Both the position numbers and the translations under genes were made by a program. Below, piece by piece: positions 50,980 through 60,796 of a stretch of DNA of 64,000 nt (position 1 is the first letter of the stretch; every line of letters starts with the position of its first letter). Below the pieces are notes generated by a model. It had not been told where the DNA came from. It did not search any database and saw only the letters and a program-made list of their open reading frames with translations. The stretch spans positions 128 through 64,127 of the forward strand of contig CAJGDG010000002.1 in the NCBI GenBank assembly GCA_904502095.1. The letters run 5' to 3'. The DNA comes from an uncultured Alphaproteobacteria bacterium. Lineage in GTDB: Bacteria; Pseudomonadota; Alphaproteobacteria; Rs-D84.

Positions 50980-52944
50980 TTATACAAACAAGTCTTTTAC
51001 AAATTGGGCGTGTTCGGTTATGAATTTAAATCTGAATTCTGGCTTTTTCCCCATCAGTTCAGAAACAATTGTGCGCGTTTTTTCTGTGTCTTCGATTCCT
51101 TCTTCGGTGCGAGGAGGCAGGTCAACGCGAATTAAACGACGGGTTTTTGGCGACATAGTCGTTTCTTTTAATTGATTTGGCATCATTTCGCCCAACCCTT
51201 TGAATCGAGATATTTCAACCCGTTTGTTTTTATATTTGGTTGATTTTAATTCTTCCAGTTCTTCATCCGTGTCAACATAAATGGATTCTGTGCCGCATGT
51301 TAACTTATATAATGGTGGACATGACAAATACAGGTGGCCGCCATAAATCAACTGGGGCATATATTGATAGAAAAATGCCATCAGCAATGATGCGATATGA
51401 CTGCCGTCAACGTCGGCATCGGTCATAATGATGATTTTTTCATAACGCAGTTTGTCTTCGTTCCAATCTTTGGCAGTGCCTGCGCCAATAATGTCAATTA
51501 ACTCATTTAATTCTTTGTTTGCGCCAAAGCGTTCGTCTGAATTAGATATAACGTTTAACACCTTGCCGCGCAGTGGCATAATAGCCTGGGTCGCGCGGTC
51601 GCGCGCCTGTTTCGCAGTGCCGCCCGCAGATTCCCCTTCGACGATAAATAATTCTGTGCCGGCAATGCCGTGCTTTGAACAGTCTGCTAGTTTTGCAGGC
51701 ATACGAATTCGTTTCGTTGGAGTTTTGCGCGCAACATCTTTGACTTGTTTTGTCTTTATGCGCGCGTTTGCCAAATTGATTACAAAATCCAGTAATGCGT
51801 TTGCTGTTTTTGGGTCTGATGCCAAAAACATTTCCCATGGGTCACGCAATGCGTTTTCTGTATATCGTGCAATTTCAGGGTTGGATAATTTTTCCTTGGT
51901 CTGACCCAAAAATTGAGGCGTTTTGTAAAATACAGATACAATCGCAGCAACAGAATCAAAAACATCTTCGCCAATAATTGTGGCGGCGGCTTTGTTGTTT
52001 ACTTTTTCGCCGTATGCCTTTATGCCTTTGGTAATTGCAGATTTAAAGCCTGTTTCGTGGGTTCCACCATCAATTGTGGCAATTGTATTGCAATATGATG
52101 AAAAGAAACCATCGTCAGATGCAGCACCGTTTTCGTCTGTTAAAAATGTCAATGCCCATTCAACACGACCTGAATCGTCGGGAAAATCAACGCTGCCGCT
52201 GAATATGCGTGGCAAAATGCGCGGTTTAGAATCGGTCTTTTCTGCCAAAAAGTCTGCAACACCATTTGGATAATAAAATGTTTTTGTCGCAGGGATGTTC
52301 ATGTCTTCGGTCAATAATTCAGGATTGCATTGCCAATCGATTTTTATCCCGCGGGACAAGAAAGATTTTGCGCGCGCCATACGATAAATTTTTACAGGCT
52401 TGAATACCGCGTTCGCCCCAAAGATTTCGTCGTCAATTGTAAAACGAATTTTTGTGCCGTGTGATTTTGTCGGTTCGCCACGTTGCATCGGGCTGGTCGG
52501 CAGACCGCGTGAAAAAGTCTGGTGCCAATTGTATCCGTCGCGTGCAATATCAACAATCATTTCTGCAGACAGCGCATTTACAACCGCTGACCCAACGCCA
52601 TGCAAACCACCACTGGTTTTATATACATTATTGTTAAATTTTCCGCCGGAATGCAGTGTGGTCAGAATAACTTCCAGTGCGGATTTGCCAGGGTACTTTG
52701 GGTGTTCGTCCACAGGAATACCGCGACCGTCGTCCGCAATTTCAATTGTCTTGGAATCAATTAACTTTACAGTGATTTTTTTCGCAAAGCCGGCAACAGC
52801 TTCGTCAATCGAATTGTCCATAATTTCAATTGGCAAATGATGCCACGCCTTTTCATCTGTGCCGCCAATGTACATTCCAGGACGCAGACGAACAGGTTCC
52901 AGGCCTTCTAATACTTGTATGTCTGATGCATCGTATGTGTTCAT
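50980..52944 (-). CDS. parE: DNA topoisomerase IV subunit B
   Basis: GHKL ATPase LEGLEPVRLRPGMYIG; TOPRIM ELFIVEGESAGG and IMTDADVDGSHI. A length of ~654 aa fits ParE rather than GyrB. An upstream ATG at 52956 is possible. Confidence 0.85.
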   Translation of the reverse strand: MNTYDASDIQVLEGLEPVRLRPGMYIGGTDEKAWHHLPIEIMDNSIDEAVAGFAKKITVKLIDSKTIEIADDGRGIPVDEHPKYPGKSALEVILTTLHSGGKFNNNVYKTSGGLHGVGSAVVNALSAEMIVDIARDGYNWHQTFSRGLPTSPMQRGEPTKSHGTKIRFTIDDEIFGANAVFKPVKIYRMARAKSFLSRGIKIDWQCNPELLTEDMNIPATKTFYYPNGVADFLAEKTDSKPRILPRIFSGSVDFPDDSGRVEWALTFLTDENGAASDDGFFSSYCNTIATIDGGTHETGFKSAITKGIKAYGEKVNNKAAATIIGEDVFDSVAAIVSVFYKTPQFLGQTKEKLSNPEIARYTENALRDPWEMFLASDPKTANALLDFVINLANARIKTKQVKDVARKTPTKRIRMPAKLADCSKHGIAGTELFIVEGESAGGTAKQARDRATQAIMPLRGKVLNVISNSDERFGANKELNELIDIIGAGTAKDWNEDKLRYEKIIIMTDADVDGSHIASLLMAFFYQYMPQLIYGGHLYLSCPPLYKLTCGTESIYVDTDEELEELKSTKYKNKRVEISRFKGLGEMMPNQLKETTMSPKTRRLIRVDLPPRTEEGIEDTEKTRTIVSELMGKKPEFRFKFITEHAQFVKDLFV

Positions 52945-53032
52945 ATTCTTTCCCATAATTATCGTCTTATTATTAGAACATTTTTAAACTTTACGCAAGC
53001 CCAAAGAATTTAAGCATATTTATATTTCTGGG

Positions 53033-53060
53033 CTTGATTTTTTATAATATGGTCTTATAT
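53033..53060 (+). promoter_or_regulatory. Alpha-proteobacterial sigma32 (RpoH)-type heat-shock promoter
   Basis: CTTG (53033-53036), a 17-nt spacer, CTTATAT (53054-53060). This matches CTTG-N17-CYTATNT and lies 33 nt upstream of dnaJ. Confidence 0.55.
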
Positions 53061-53093
53061 ATTTGATAACAATAAAGTATATGGAATATCGAT

Positions 53094-54221
53094 ATGAATA
53101 AAAACCCGTATGAAGTTTTAGGTGTCGCACGCGATGCCTCTGATGCTGATATAAAAAAGGCTTATCACAAGTTGGTGATGAAATATCACCCAGACAGAAA
53201 TCCTGATAACAAAGACGCAGAAGAAAAGTTCAAGGAAGTAAATAATGCGTTTGATATCTTGAAAGACCCACAAAAACGGGCTGCGTATGACAGATTTGGG
53301 GATGCTGCGTTCGCAGGTGGTAATGCCAGTGGCGCAGGTTTCGGTGGTAATCCGTTCGGAAACGGCGGTTTCCATTTTGATATGGGTGGTGGTGCCGGTA
53401 TGGAAGATATATTGCGTGAAGCAATGCGTGGGTTTGGTTTTGGTGGCGGCTTTGGTGGGGCTCAGCGTGGTGCGCCACAACGCGGTGGACGCGATTTGCT
53501 GGACGAAGTGGTTATCGATTTAAAAGACGCTTATTTTGGGAAAACACATACGGTTAAATTTTCCAGCAATGTGACATGTGAAAAATGTCATGGAAATGGT
53601 ACTGATGATGGCAAGCCCGCACCAATATGTTCACGATGCGGGGGCAGTGGTTTTGTGCAAACGCGTCAGGGTTTCTTTGTGACAGAAAGCCCGTGTCCTG
53701 AATGTAATGGGCTGGGACGCAAAATATCAAAAAAGTGCAGTGAATGTGATGGCACAGGAACTGAACACAAACAAAGAACACTGGAAGTTAAAATCCCGGC
53801 AGGCATCGAAGATGGTGCGCGGTTGCGTCTGGCAGGACAGGGCGAAGCAGGCGCAAATGGTGGGCCTGCGGGTGATTTTTATCTGGATGTGCGTGTGCGG
53901 CCGGATAAACGATTTGTTCGCAATGGCGCAGATTTAATTATGCGTATTGATGTGCCTTTTACGACATTGGCGTTGGGTGGCGAAATAGATATAGAAACAA
54001 TTGACGATAAAAAATTGGCGGTCAAGGTGCCGGCTGGGACACAGGTCGGGGAAAAACTGCGTGTGCGTGGACACGGTATGCCGAATCCGCGTCGTAGTGG
54101 CGGTTTTGGCGATTTGTATATCGAAGTTGCTATTAAAATTCCAACAAAGTTGACGGATAAGCAAAAGAAATTATTAAATGAATTTGCCGGGGCAAAGTCT
54201 GATAAAAAGGGTTGGTTTTGA
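53094..54221 (+). CDS. dnaJ: Chaperone DnaJ
   Basis: J domain with HPD (KYHPDRNP), a Gly/Phe-rich region and four CxxCxGxG repeats. Confidence 0.95.
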   Translation: MNKNPYEVLGVARDASDADIKKAYHKLVMKYHPDRNPDNKDAEEKFKEVNNAFDILKDPQKRAAYDRFGDAAFAGGNASGAGFGGNPFGNGGFHFDMGGGAGMEDILREAMRGFGFGGGFGGAQRGAPQRGGRDLLDEVVIDLKDAYFGKTHTVKFSSNVTCEKCHGNGTDDGKPAPICSRCGGSGFVQTRQGFFVTESPCPECNGLGRKISKKCSECDGTGTEHKQRTLEVKIPAGIEDGARLRLAGQGEAGANGGPAGDFYLDVRVRPDKRFVRNGADLIMRIDVPFTTLALGGEIDIETIDDKKLAVKVPAGTQVGEKLRVRGHGMPNPRRSGGFGDLYIEVAIKIPTKLTDKQKKLLNEFAGAKSDKKGWF

Positions 54222-54240
54222 GTGTCGATTTTTAAAATAC

Positions 54241-54264
54241 AAAACCGCCGTATACGGCGGTTTT
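54241..54264. terminator. Bidirectional rho-independent terminator
   Basis: AAAACCGCCG-TATA-CGGCGGTTTT. Confidence 0.85.
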
Positions 54265-54283
54265 GTTTCGTATAGCGCAATTT

Positions 54284-54883
54284 TTATTTTAATTTTTTCA
54301 GGTGACCAATAAATGTCATTGTGTATTGTGTTGCAGACCAAATTGATGCAACTAATGACAACCATAATCCCCAGACGCCAATGCGTGGCAATATATGTAT
54401 CAAGAACATTACAGCACGGCTTTCCAAGTCTGGTGTGATCAATGTGCCAATTGCAAAAATCAATAAAAACGCCGCAATGGATACCATTTGTAATGTGGTT
54501 TTGATTTTGCCCATTGAAAAGCGTGCTTTTGGTACAGGCATTTCAATTTTTTGAGTGCCCAGAAATTCGCGTAAACCAGAAATGTATAGCTCTCGGCAAA
54601 TCATTATGATGATTGGAATAACAATAAACCAAACTGGCATCATAATCGCCATCATTATAAATGTATTTACAACCAAAAATTTGTCGCCTATGTGGTCCAA
54701 TACACCGCCGATTTTAGAACATACATTATATTTGCGTGCCAAATATCCATCAAACCAATCTGATGCAGCGCCCAATGTGTACAATATAAATGTTGTCCAA
54801 TACATGTTTAGCATTAATGTTGGTATAATCGCAAATGATGCAGCAATGCGAAATGCCGATAAAAAGTTAACGAAAAATTTCAT
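54284..54883 (-). CDS. pgsA: CDP-diacylglycerol--glycerol-3-phosphate 3-phosphatidyltransferase
   Basis: CDP-alcohol phosphatidyltransferase motif DWFDGYLARKYNVCSKIGGVLDHIGDK. Confidence 0.85.
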   Translation of the reverse strand: MKFFVNFLSAFRIAASFAIIPTLMLNMYWTTFILYTLGAASDWFDGYLARKYNVCSKIGGVLDHIGDKFLVVNTFIMMAIMMPVWFIVIPIIIMICRELYISGLREFLGTQKIEMPVPKARFSMGKIKTTLQMVSIAAFLLIFAIGTLITPDLESRAVMFLIHILPRIGVWGLWLSLVASIWSATQYTMTFIGHLKKLK

Positions 54884-54911
54884 AGTTTCTCCTTTTTTGT
54901 TAATGTTCTTA

Positions 54912-56339
54912 TTATATCATTTCTGTATGAAAATGGGCATATATTTTTTTTGCAGCTGCGTTTCCTAAACCTGGGACACGACTTAATGCACGAATGTCCG
55001 CGTCCATAATTGCGCGTACGCTGCCAAAATGTTGTAATAATGCGCGTTTGCGGGTTGGTCCAATCCCGTCAATTTCATCCAGAACGGATGCCGTCATTTG
55101 TTTTGCACGCGTGTTGCGATGATATGTTATTACGAATCTGTGCGCTTCGTCACGAACTGTACGTAGCATTAAAAACAAAGGGCTGTCTTTTGGTAATGTG
55201 CGACATATGTTGCCGTCTGGCATAATAAAATGTTCGTCGCCGTCGCGTACTTCGCCTTTGGTGACGCCAATAACGGGAATTCCTTTTGCGTGACGCATGG
55301 CGATCCGCCATTGCGCAATGCCGCCGTCGACAATTATTGCGTCTAATTTTGGGCCGCGTGATACAGCGCGTTCAATAAACTCGCCCATCATTGCGATGTC
55401 GTTCCCGGCGCGCGATTTGTTATTTAGTTTAAAGTGTCTGTATCCAGATTTTTCAAATCCGTTATGCCCAAATGTTATCATTGCGCCAACGGGTTGTTTT
55501 CCAAATAGGTGCGAGTTGTCAAAAACGCCAACAAGGTTTATTTTGATGTTGGCCCATTTTTCAAAATCTGATACATTTCTGTTCCAGTCTAATTTTGGTG
55601 TATGCGGCGTATTCTGGCGTATGCCGCGATTTGATGTGTGTGTTAATGCGGCGATTTTGTCGCGTATAATCGCAGCGTTTTCATAATCCATTTGTTGTGA
55701 CAGTTTCGCCATTTGATTTGTTAAATCAGCGATTATGGGTTGACTGTCACCGGTTAGAATTTTCCGCGCAATACGCACATTGTCATTATATTTTTGTTTG
55801 TTTGGAAAGCAACATGGGGCGCTGCAACGACCGATTTGATGCAGTATACATGGTCGGCTTCTGTTGCGCATTTGTGTGTCCGTGCAGGTTCTTAATTGAC
55901 AGACTTTTTGTATTGTTTTTATTGTTTCGTTCAGGGCAGAAACAGAAGGGTATGGGCCGTATACATCGCGGCGTTGTGAAATTTTGCCGCGAAATTTTAA
56001 AAGGCGGGGAAAGTCGCCAACCGTCAAAGCTAACATCGGATACATTTTCCCGTCTGTCAGCATTATGTTATATTTTGGATGTTGAGTTTTTATAAGTTCT
56101 TGTTCCCGTAAGAGTGCATCTGATTCTGTGGGTACGGTTTCCCAATCAACCCGGGCGACCAGTGTGCGCATAATTTGTTTGTGTGTTTCCAATTTTGAAA
56201 TGTCTGTATATTGGCGCAGGCGGTTTAATAAATTCTTGGCTTTGCCCACGTACAGCAAATTGTCGTCTTGGTCGTACATTTTATAGACCCCAGGCGCGGC
56301 AGGTGCGTTCGCAATTAAATCAGAAAATTGAATATTCAT
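54912..56339 (-). CDS. uvrC: Excinuclease ABC subunit C (compact, 475 aa)
   Basis: GIY-YIG (GVYKMYD...LLYVGKAKNL), UVR (MDYENAAIIRDKIAAL), C-terminal HhH (IDGIGPTRKRALLQHFGS). Confidence 0.85.
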   Translation of the reverse strand: MNIQFSDLIANAPAAPGVYKMYDQDDNLLYVGKAKNLLNRLRQYTDISKLETHKQIMRTLVARVDWETVPTESDALLREQELIKTQHPKYNIMLTDGKMYPMLALTVGDFPRLLKFRGKISQRRDVYGPYPSVSALNETIKTIQKVCQLRTCTDTQMRNRSRPCILHQIGRCSAPCCFPNKQKYNDNVRIARKILTGDSQPIIADLTNQMAKLSQQMDYENAAIIRDKIAALTHTSNRGIRQNTPHTPKLDWNRNVSDFEKWANIKINLVGVFDNSHLFGKQPVGAMITFGHNGFEKSGYRHFKLNNKSRAGNDIAMMGEFIERAVSRGPKLDAIIVDGGIAQWRIAMRHAKGIPVIGVTKGEVRDGDEHFIMPDGNICRTLPKDSPLFLMLRTVRDEAHRFVITYHRNTRAKQMTASVLDEIDGIGPTRKRALLQHFGSVRAIMDADIRALSRVPGLGNAAAKKIYAHFHTEMI

Positions 56340-56347
56340 AATAAATA

Positions 56348-56356
56348 TGATAGAAT
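56348..56356 (+). promoter_or_regulatory. Extended -10 element TGATAGAAT
   Basis: ATATGATAGAAT lies 34 nt upstream of the pilin ATG. Confidence 0.45.
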
Positions 56357-56390
56357 ATAAATACATAAATAGCAAATAAGAGGTTTTTCA

Positions 56391-56855
56391 ATGTATCAAG
56401 AGTCAGGTCGTTCTATGATTGAAATGTTGGGTGTGTTAGCGATTATGGGCGTTATAACAGTTGGAGCAATCGGTATGATTTCAACTGCAATGCGTACTCA
56501 AAAATTGACAAGCGTTAATGACGAAGTTGTTCAGATGGTGACAATGGTTCGCAATATTCATGCTGAATACGATGATTTTTCAAATATGAATACAGAAACT
56601 ATCTTTTCTGTTATTGGTATGGCGGATAAAAATCCGTATGGTGGGAATTATATATTGTCTGTGGACTCTGCAAATCCCCGTCAGTTTGTTGTAAAAATAG
56701 ATGGTTTGACACAGTCTGAATGTAATGCGTTAACAACCAAGGCCTGGTCTGATTCTGTTGGGTACAAGATGTCTGATGGAAAATTGGGTGGCGCAACGGG
56801 TTCTTGTGCAGATGAAAACGGCAAGAATTTTGTTCAAATAACTTTTGGTGAATAG
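56391..56855 (+). CDS. Type IV pilin-like protein with an atypical +1 residue
   Basis: Class III signal MYQESG|RSMIEMLGVLAIMGVITV with Glu at +5 and a C-terminal Cys pair (SECNALTT...GSCADENG). Confidence 0.7.
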   Translation: MYQESGRSMIEMLGVLAIMGVITVGAIGMISTAMRTQKLTSVNDEVVQMVTMVRNIHAEYDDFSNMNTETIFSVIGMADKNPYGGNYILSVDSANPRQFVVKIDGLTQSECNALTTKAWSDSVGYKMSDGKLGGATGSCADENGKNFVQITFGE

Positions 56856-56860
56856 TTTTT

Positions 56861-57832
56861 ATGGCTGATTTTATTACTGTTTCCAAGGTTGAAGAGGGAG
56901 TGCGCTTGTTGCGTTGGTTTTTGCGTCAGTTTCCATCTATGCCACAGCGTGAATTTTATAAACTGTGTCGTGGGGGACAGATTCGTGTAAATTCAAAACG
57001 CGTCAGGGGAAACGAAATTTTGGCCGCTGGGGATGCTGTGCGAATCCCGCCAACTGTTTTGTCGTATGTACATACACGGGCGAAAAAAACTGAAAGCGGA
57101 GAACGGTTTACATTATCTGATTTAGAATCTTTGCGAAAGTGTATTATTCACAATGATGATGATATTGTGGTCTTTAATAAGCCGGCAGGGCTGGCAGTGC
57201 AGGGTGGTACTGGTATCAGAAAATCTTTGGATAAGATGGCGGCGGCATTGTTCCCGTATGATAAAATTTCATTGGTTCACCGTTTGGACAAAGAAACAAG
57301 TGGTGTTCTGGTTGTTGCAAAAAATCAGCGCGCAGCCCAAGTGTTGGCGGATGCGTTTCAAAACAAAAAAGCGCACAAAGAATATTTGGCGTTATTAAAT
57401 GGCGATATCAGCCCCAGAAAGGGTTGTATAGATAATTTTATGTTAAAAGGTCAGGTCTTTGATGCGCAGACAAGATTAAATAACGGTACAGGCCCCAGAC
57501 CCCAACGTGCAATTACTGATTACGAGGTTTTGTCCAGTGCCTCGTCGTGTTTGTCGTGGGTTAAGTTTTCCCCGAAAACAGGCCGTACGCATCAATTAAG
57601 ATTGCATAGTGCGTTGACTTTGGGGGCGCCAATTGTCGGCGATGATTTGTATGGACGCAAACAAAAAGTAGATACTGTATTGCAATCAGTGTTAAGTACG
57701 AATAATTTGTTTTTGTTTGCATATAAAATTACTTTTCAACATCCGTCCACAGGGAAAATGATGACGTTGCGTGCAGCTGTGCCAGATTTTATGTTGCCTG
57801 TGATGAAGTTTTTAGAATTTAATTTGCCATGA
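56861..57832 (+). CDS. rluC: RluA-family 23S rRNA pseudouridine synthase (RluC/RluD-like)
   Basis: N-terminal S4 domain; catalytic HRLDKETSGVLVVAK. Confidence 0.85.
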   Translation: MADFITVSKVEEGVRLLRWFLRQFPSMPQREFYKLCRGGQIRVNSKRVRGNEILAAGDAVRIPPTVLSYVHTRAKKTESGERFTLSDLESLRKCIIHNDDDIVVFNKPAGLAVQGGTGIRKSLDKMAAALFPYDKISLVHRLDKETSGVLVVAKNQRAAQVLADAFQNKKAHKEYLALLNGDISPRKGCIDNFMLKGQVFDAQTRLNNGTGPRPQRAITDYEVLSSASSCLSWVKFSPKTGRTHQLRLHSALTLGAPIVGDDLYGRKQKVDTVLQSVLSTNNLFLFAYKITFQHPSTGKMMTLRAAVPDFMLPVMKFLEFNLP

Positions 57833-59913
57833 TTGTAAGAAGAAGTTTGTTTTTTCCATTGGTTAGAATTTTTTGCCTGTTGATCGTCGGGCTGGTTGTT
57901 GCTTTGGTTGTGGCATTAAGTCAGGTTAATTTGGATACATTGCGTGGCAGTATTGTTAATGTGCTGCAAGATGCAACTGGGTTGCCCGTTCAGGTTGATG
58001 GCGATGTGTCTTGGCGATTGTCTTTGCGGCCAAGGATTGAATTAAATCAAGTGCGTGTTGCAAATGCGGATTGGGCAAAAAATAAATATGCGTACAGTGC
58101 GGAAAAAATTGATGTGCGGTTGAATTTGATTTCGTTGTTTCGTAATCGTCCGACTATTCAGAATGTTCGAATTTATGACGCAAAGATAAATATAGAAAAA
58201 AATCAAGATGGTAAAATTTCTGTGCCAAAAATAGCTGCAAAAAAAGAAGGTGCAGATACAAAAAAGACGCCAGATTTGTATCCTTTTAAAGATATGGGGT
58301 TGGGCAGTGTAGAGGTAAAGAATTTAAATGCAAATGTGTTTGGGAAAAAATATTCGTTGGATGGCTTGAATGTTCGTTTGGTTAAGCGCAGGGATAAACG
58401 CGAATATTCGGGTTGGATAAAATTTGATAAACGGGTTTCTTCTTTTATTGTTGCGTTGTCAGAATATAATGCGGACAGAAAAATTTATCCTGTTCAGGTG
58501 GCGATTTCAACCAAGGGCGAGGCGTTAATTGCAAATATTGCGCTGGAAGGAACCAGTAAATTGCCAATCGATTTTATTATCAAGGGTGATATGCCAGATG
58601 TCCCAACTGTTGGAAAATTCTTTGGCGTTGATTTGTCGTTGGTGCCTGATTTAAAAGTGAATATTGCGGGCGGGTTTGACGGAAATAAAATAAAAATCAG
58701 AAAGTCTTCTTTGTTCGGTAATGGAACAGATTTTACTGTGTCTGGCGATTATGATTTGAATGCAGAAAATCCAATTATAAATGCAGATGTTCATTCGTCT
58801 TATTTGAATTTGATGCATTTGTTCCCCAGTGCATTCGGAAGACAAAGCAAAAAACCAAATCGTGAATTAAATGTTTTTAAAGATACCCCATTGTTCGGCG
58901 ATTTTATGTATAACAAGACGATAAGTTTGCGTATTGAATTAGATGACTTTGTTATGTATCGAGATCTGAATATTCAGAATTTAGATTTGAAATTTAACCT
59001 GCGTGATAATCGGATTAGAATCGATTCGGATTTAAGTATCGCAGAAGGCGATGTTGATTTTGCAATTGATGCAGATGTTATGCCAGATGGGAATTTGGAT
59101 GCTGTTGTCGCGTTTGTTGGAAACGGGGTTCGTGTTGGTGAAATTTTGCATGAAATAAATAAAAATGATTTTATTTCGGATTTGCCCGTAAATATTGATT
59201 TTTATGTCAAAGCGCATGGTAAAAATCTGACGGAAATTATGCAGACAATAACGGGGCCGGTTAATGTGTATTCTGTGGATAAAGGTTATGCGCATTCTGA
59301 TTTAGTGGCATATATGTATGGAACAGATTTTTTAACATCGCTGCGACATAGCATCCAGGATTTATTCAGTTCAGAAAAAAAACATAATCAAATAAAGATT
59401 TCTTGTTTGGCTTTAAATGCAAAACTACGTGATGGGGTTTTTGAAACACAAAACGGTTTTGCAATTGAAACAAATGCAATTAATGTTCGTCTGGGGGGCA
59501 GTTTAAATCTGGGTGAAGAAGAAATGAAGTTGTTTTTAACGACCGTTCCTGTGCGAGGGTTAAAATTGTCGTTGACCGGAAATGTTGTTAATTCGGTGTC
59601 TTTAAGTGGTAGTTTGGCAGAACCTGATATAAAAATTAGCGGCGCGGCGGTTGCGGGCAAGGTTGCATCTGCAACGGGTATTGGGTTGTTGTTGGCGCCT
59701 ATTACAGGCGGTATCAGTTTGGTCGCAGGTGCAGGTATCGGTTTGGTCGCGGGTGATTTGTTGGAAAATTGGTTGGCAGACAGTCATCCGTGCGAAACAG
59801 CGATGACGCGTGGTGCGCCACTGTATCGCAATGATCCAGAATGGATGGGGACACCTGTTTCGGAATTGATTAATACAGTGATGCCAACAGAGGAAGACGG
59901 CAAAGGAGAATAA
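57829..59913 (+). CDS. asmA: AsmA family outer-membrane assembly / lipid transport protein
   Basis: N-terminal TM anchor, ~690 aa beta-rich, AsmA-like N- and C-terminal regions. ATGA overlap with the upstream gene. Confidence 0.7.
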   Translation: MIVRRSLFFPLVRIFCLLIVGLVVALVVALSQVNLDTLRGSIVNVLQDATGLPVQVDGDVSWRLSLRPRIELNQVRVANADWAKNKYAYSAEKIDVRLNLISLFRNRPTIQNVRIYDAKINIEKNQDGKISVPKIAAKKEGADTKKTPDLYPFKDMGLGSVEVKNLNANVFGKKYSLDGLNVRLVKRRDKREYSGWIKFDKRVSSFIVALSEYNADRKIYPVQVAISTKGEALIANIALEGTSKLPIDFIIKGDMPDVPTVGKFFGVDLSLVPDLKVNIAGGFDGNKIKIRKSSLFGNGTDFTVSGDYDLNAENPIINADVHSSYLNLMHLFPSAFGRQSKKPNRELNVFKDTPLFGDFMYNKTISLRIELDDFVMYRDLNIQNLDLKFNLRDNRIRIDSDLSIAEGDVDFAIDADVMPDGNLDAVVAFVGNGVRVGEILHEINKNDFISDLPVNIDFYVKAHGKNLTEIMQTITGPVNVYSVDKGYAHSDLVAYMYGTDFLTSLRHSIQDLFSSEKKHNQIKISCLALNAKLRDGVFETQNGFAIETNAINVRLGGSLNLGEEEMKLFLTTVPVRGLKLSLTGNVVNSVSLSGSLAEPDIKISGAAVAGKVASATGIGLLLAPITGGISLVAGAGIGLVAGDLLENWLADSHPCETAMTRGAPLYRNDPEWMGTPVSELINTVMPTEEDGKGE

Positions 59914-59915
59914 AG

Positions 59916-60677
59916 ATGTTTAGTTGGGTTGGGCTGATTCAAATCGTAATAATTGTTGGGATGATTTGGGTATTTTATCGCAGTTTTATCAAAAATACAC
60001 ATTCTGAAAAATTGGTGCGCGGATTGATTGGTTTGGCGGCGCTGTGGGTGTTAAGTTTTATTTGTTCGTGGGCGCACCTGGATTTGTTGGGGGCGTTTTT
60101 GCATGGTATGGCACTGTTTTTATCAATCAGTTTGATTGTCGTTTTTCAGCCAGAATTACGCAAATTTATCGCACTGATGGGAAATGTTGATGAATGGCGC
60201 AGGGTGTTAAAACGTGGTGAAATTAAAACCAAAGACACAAAAACATTGGATGCGATTGTTGGGGCGGTTGAATATATGTCGTCAAAACGTACAGGTGCAC
60301 TGATTGTTTTCCCAGGAACTATGGACGATACTGTTATTGAAAAAAAGGGCGTTTTGATAAATGGACGTGTAAGCAGTGAATTGTTGCTGACAATATTTTT
60401 TAATAAAACACCTTTGCATGATGGTGCGGTTATTATTGAAAAAAATCGGATTGCATATGCAGGGGCAATATTGCCTTTGTCACAAAATAATTTAAATTGG
60501 AAATATGGTACGCGTCATCGTGCCGCATTGGGAATGAGTGAGGTGTCCGGTGCGTCTGTTTTGGTTGTTTCCGAAGAAAGTGGCGATATATCTATTGCAG
60601 AAAAAGGGAAAATAACAAAATACGACGATGTAAAAAAATTGCGTGCTAAGTTGGAAAAAATTCTGCTGAAAAATTAA
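59916..60677 (+). CDS. cdaA: Membrane-bound diadenylate cyclase CdaA (DisA_N domain)
   Basis: Three N-terminal TM helices. DAC motifs TPLHDGAVII and GTRHRAALGMSEVSGASVLVVSEESG. Confidence 0.88.
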   Translation: MFSWVGLIQIVIIVGMIWVFYRSFIKNTHSEKLVRGLIGLAALWVLSFICSWAHLDLLGAFLHGMALFLSISLIVVFQPELRKFIALMGNVDEWRRVLKRGEIKTKDTKTLDAIVGAVEYMSSKRTGALIVFPGTMDDTVIEKKGVLINGRVSSELLLTIFFNKTPLHDGAVIIEKNRIAYAGAILPLSQNNLNWKYGTRHRAALGMSEVSGASVLVVSEESGDISIAEKGKITKYDDVKKLRAKLEKILLKN

Positions 60678-60796
60678 TTTTTATGTTTTTGTTTTTCGGG
60701 TTCTTTTGGTCTTGCACCGAATCGGTGTTTTTTGGTAAAGTTAAACCAACGAGTGTAGGAAACCACACATATAGATAAAGGAAACAGGAGCGTATA

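Noticed and set aside
59274-59282. A perfect DnaA-box word TGTGGATAA, and the idea that the dnaN region marks oriC
   Set aside because: It is a single box inside the asmA coding sequence. No box cluster, AT-rich unwinding element or dnaA gene lies near dnaN (60678-60796 is a short ordinary promoter region).
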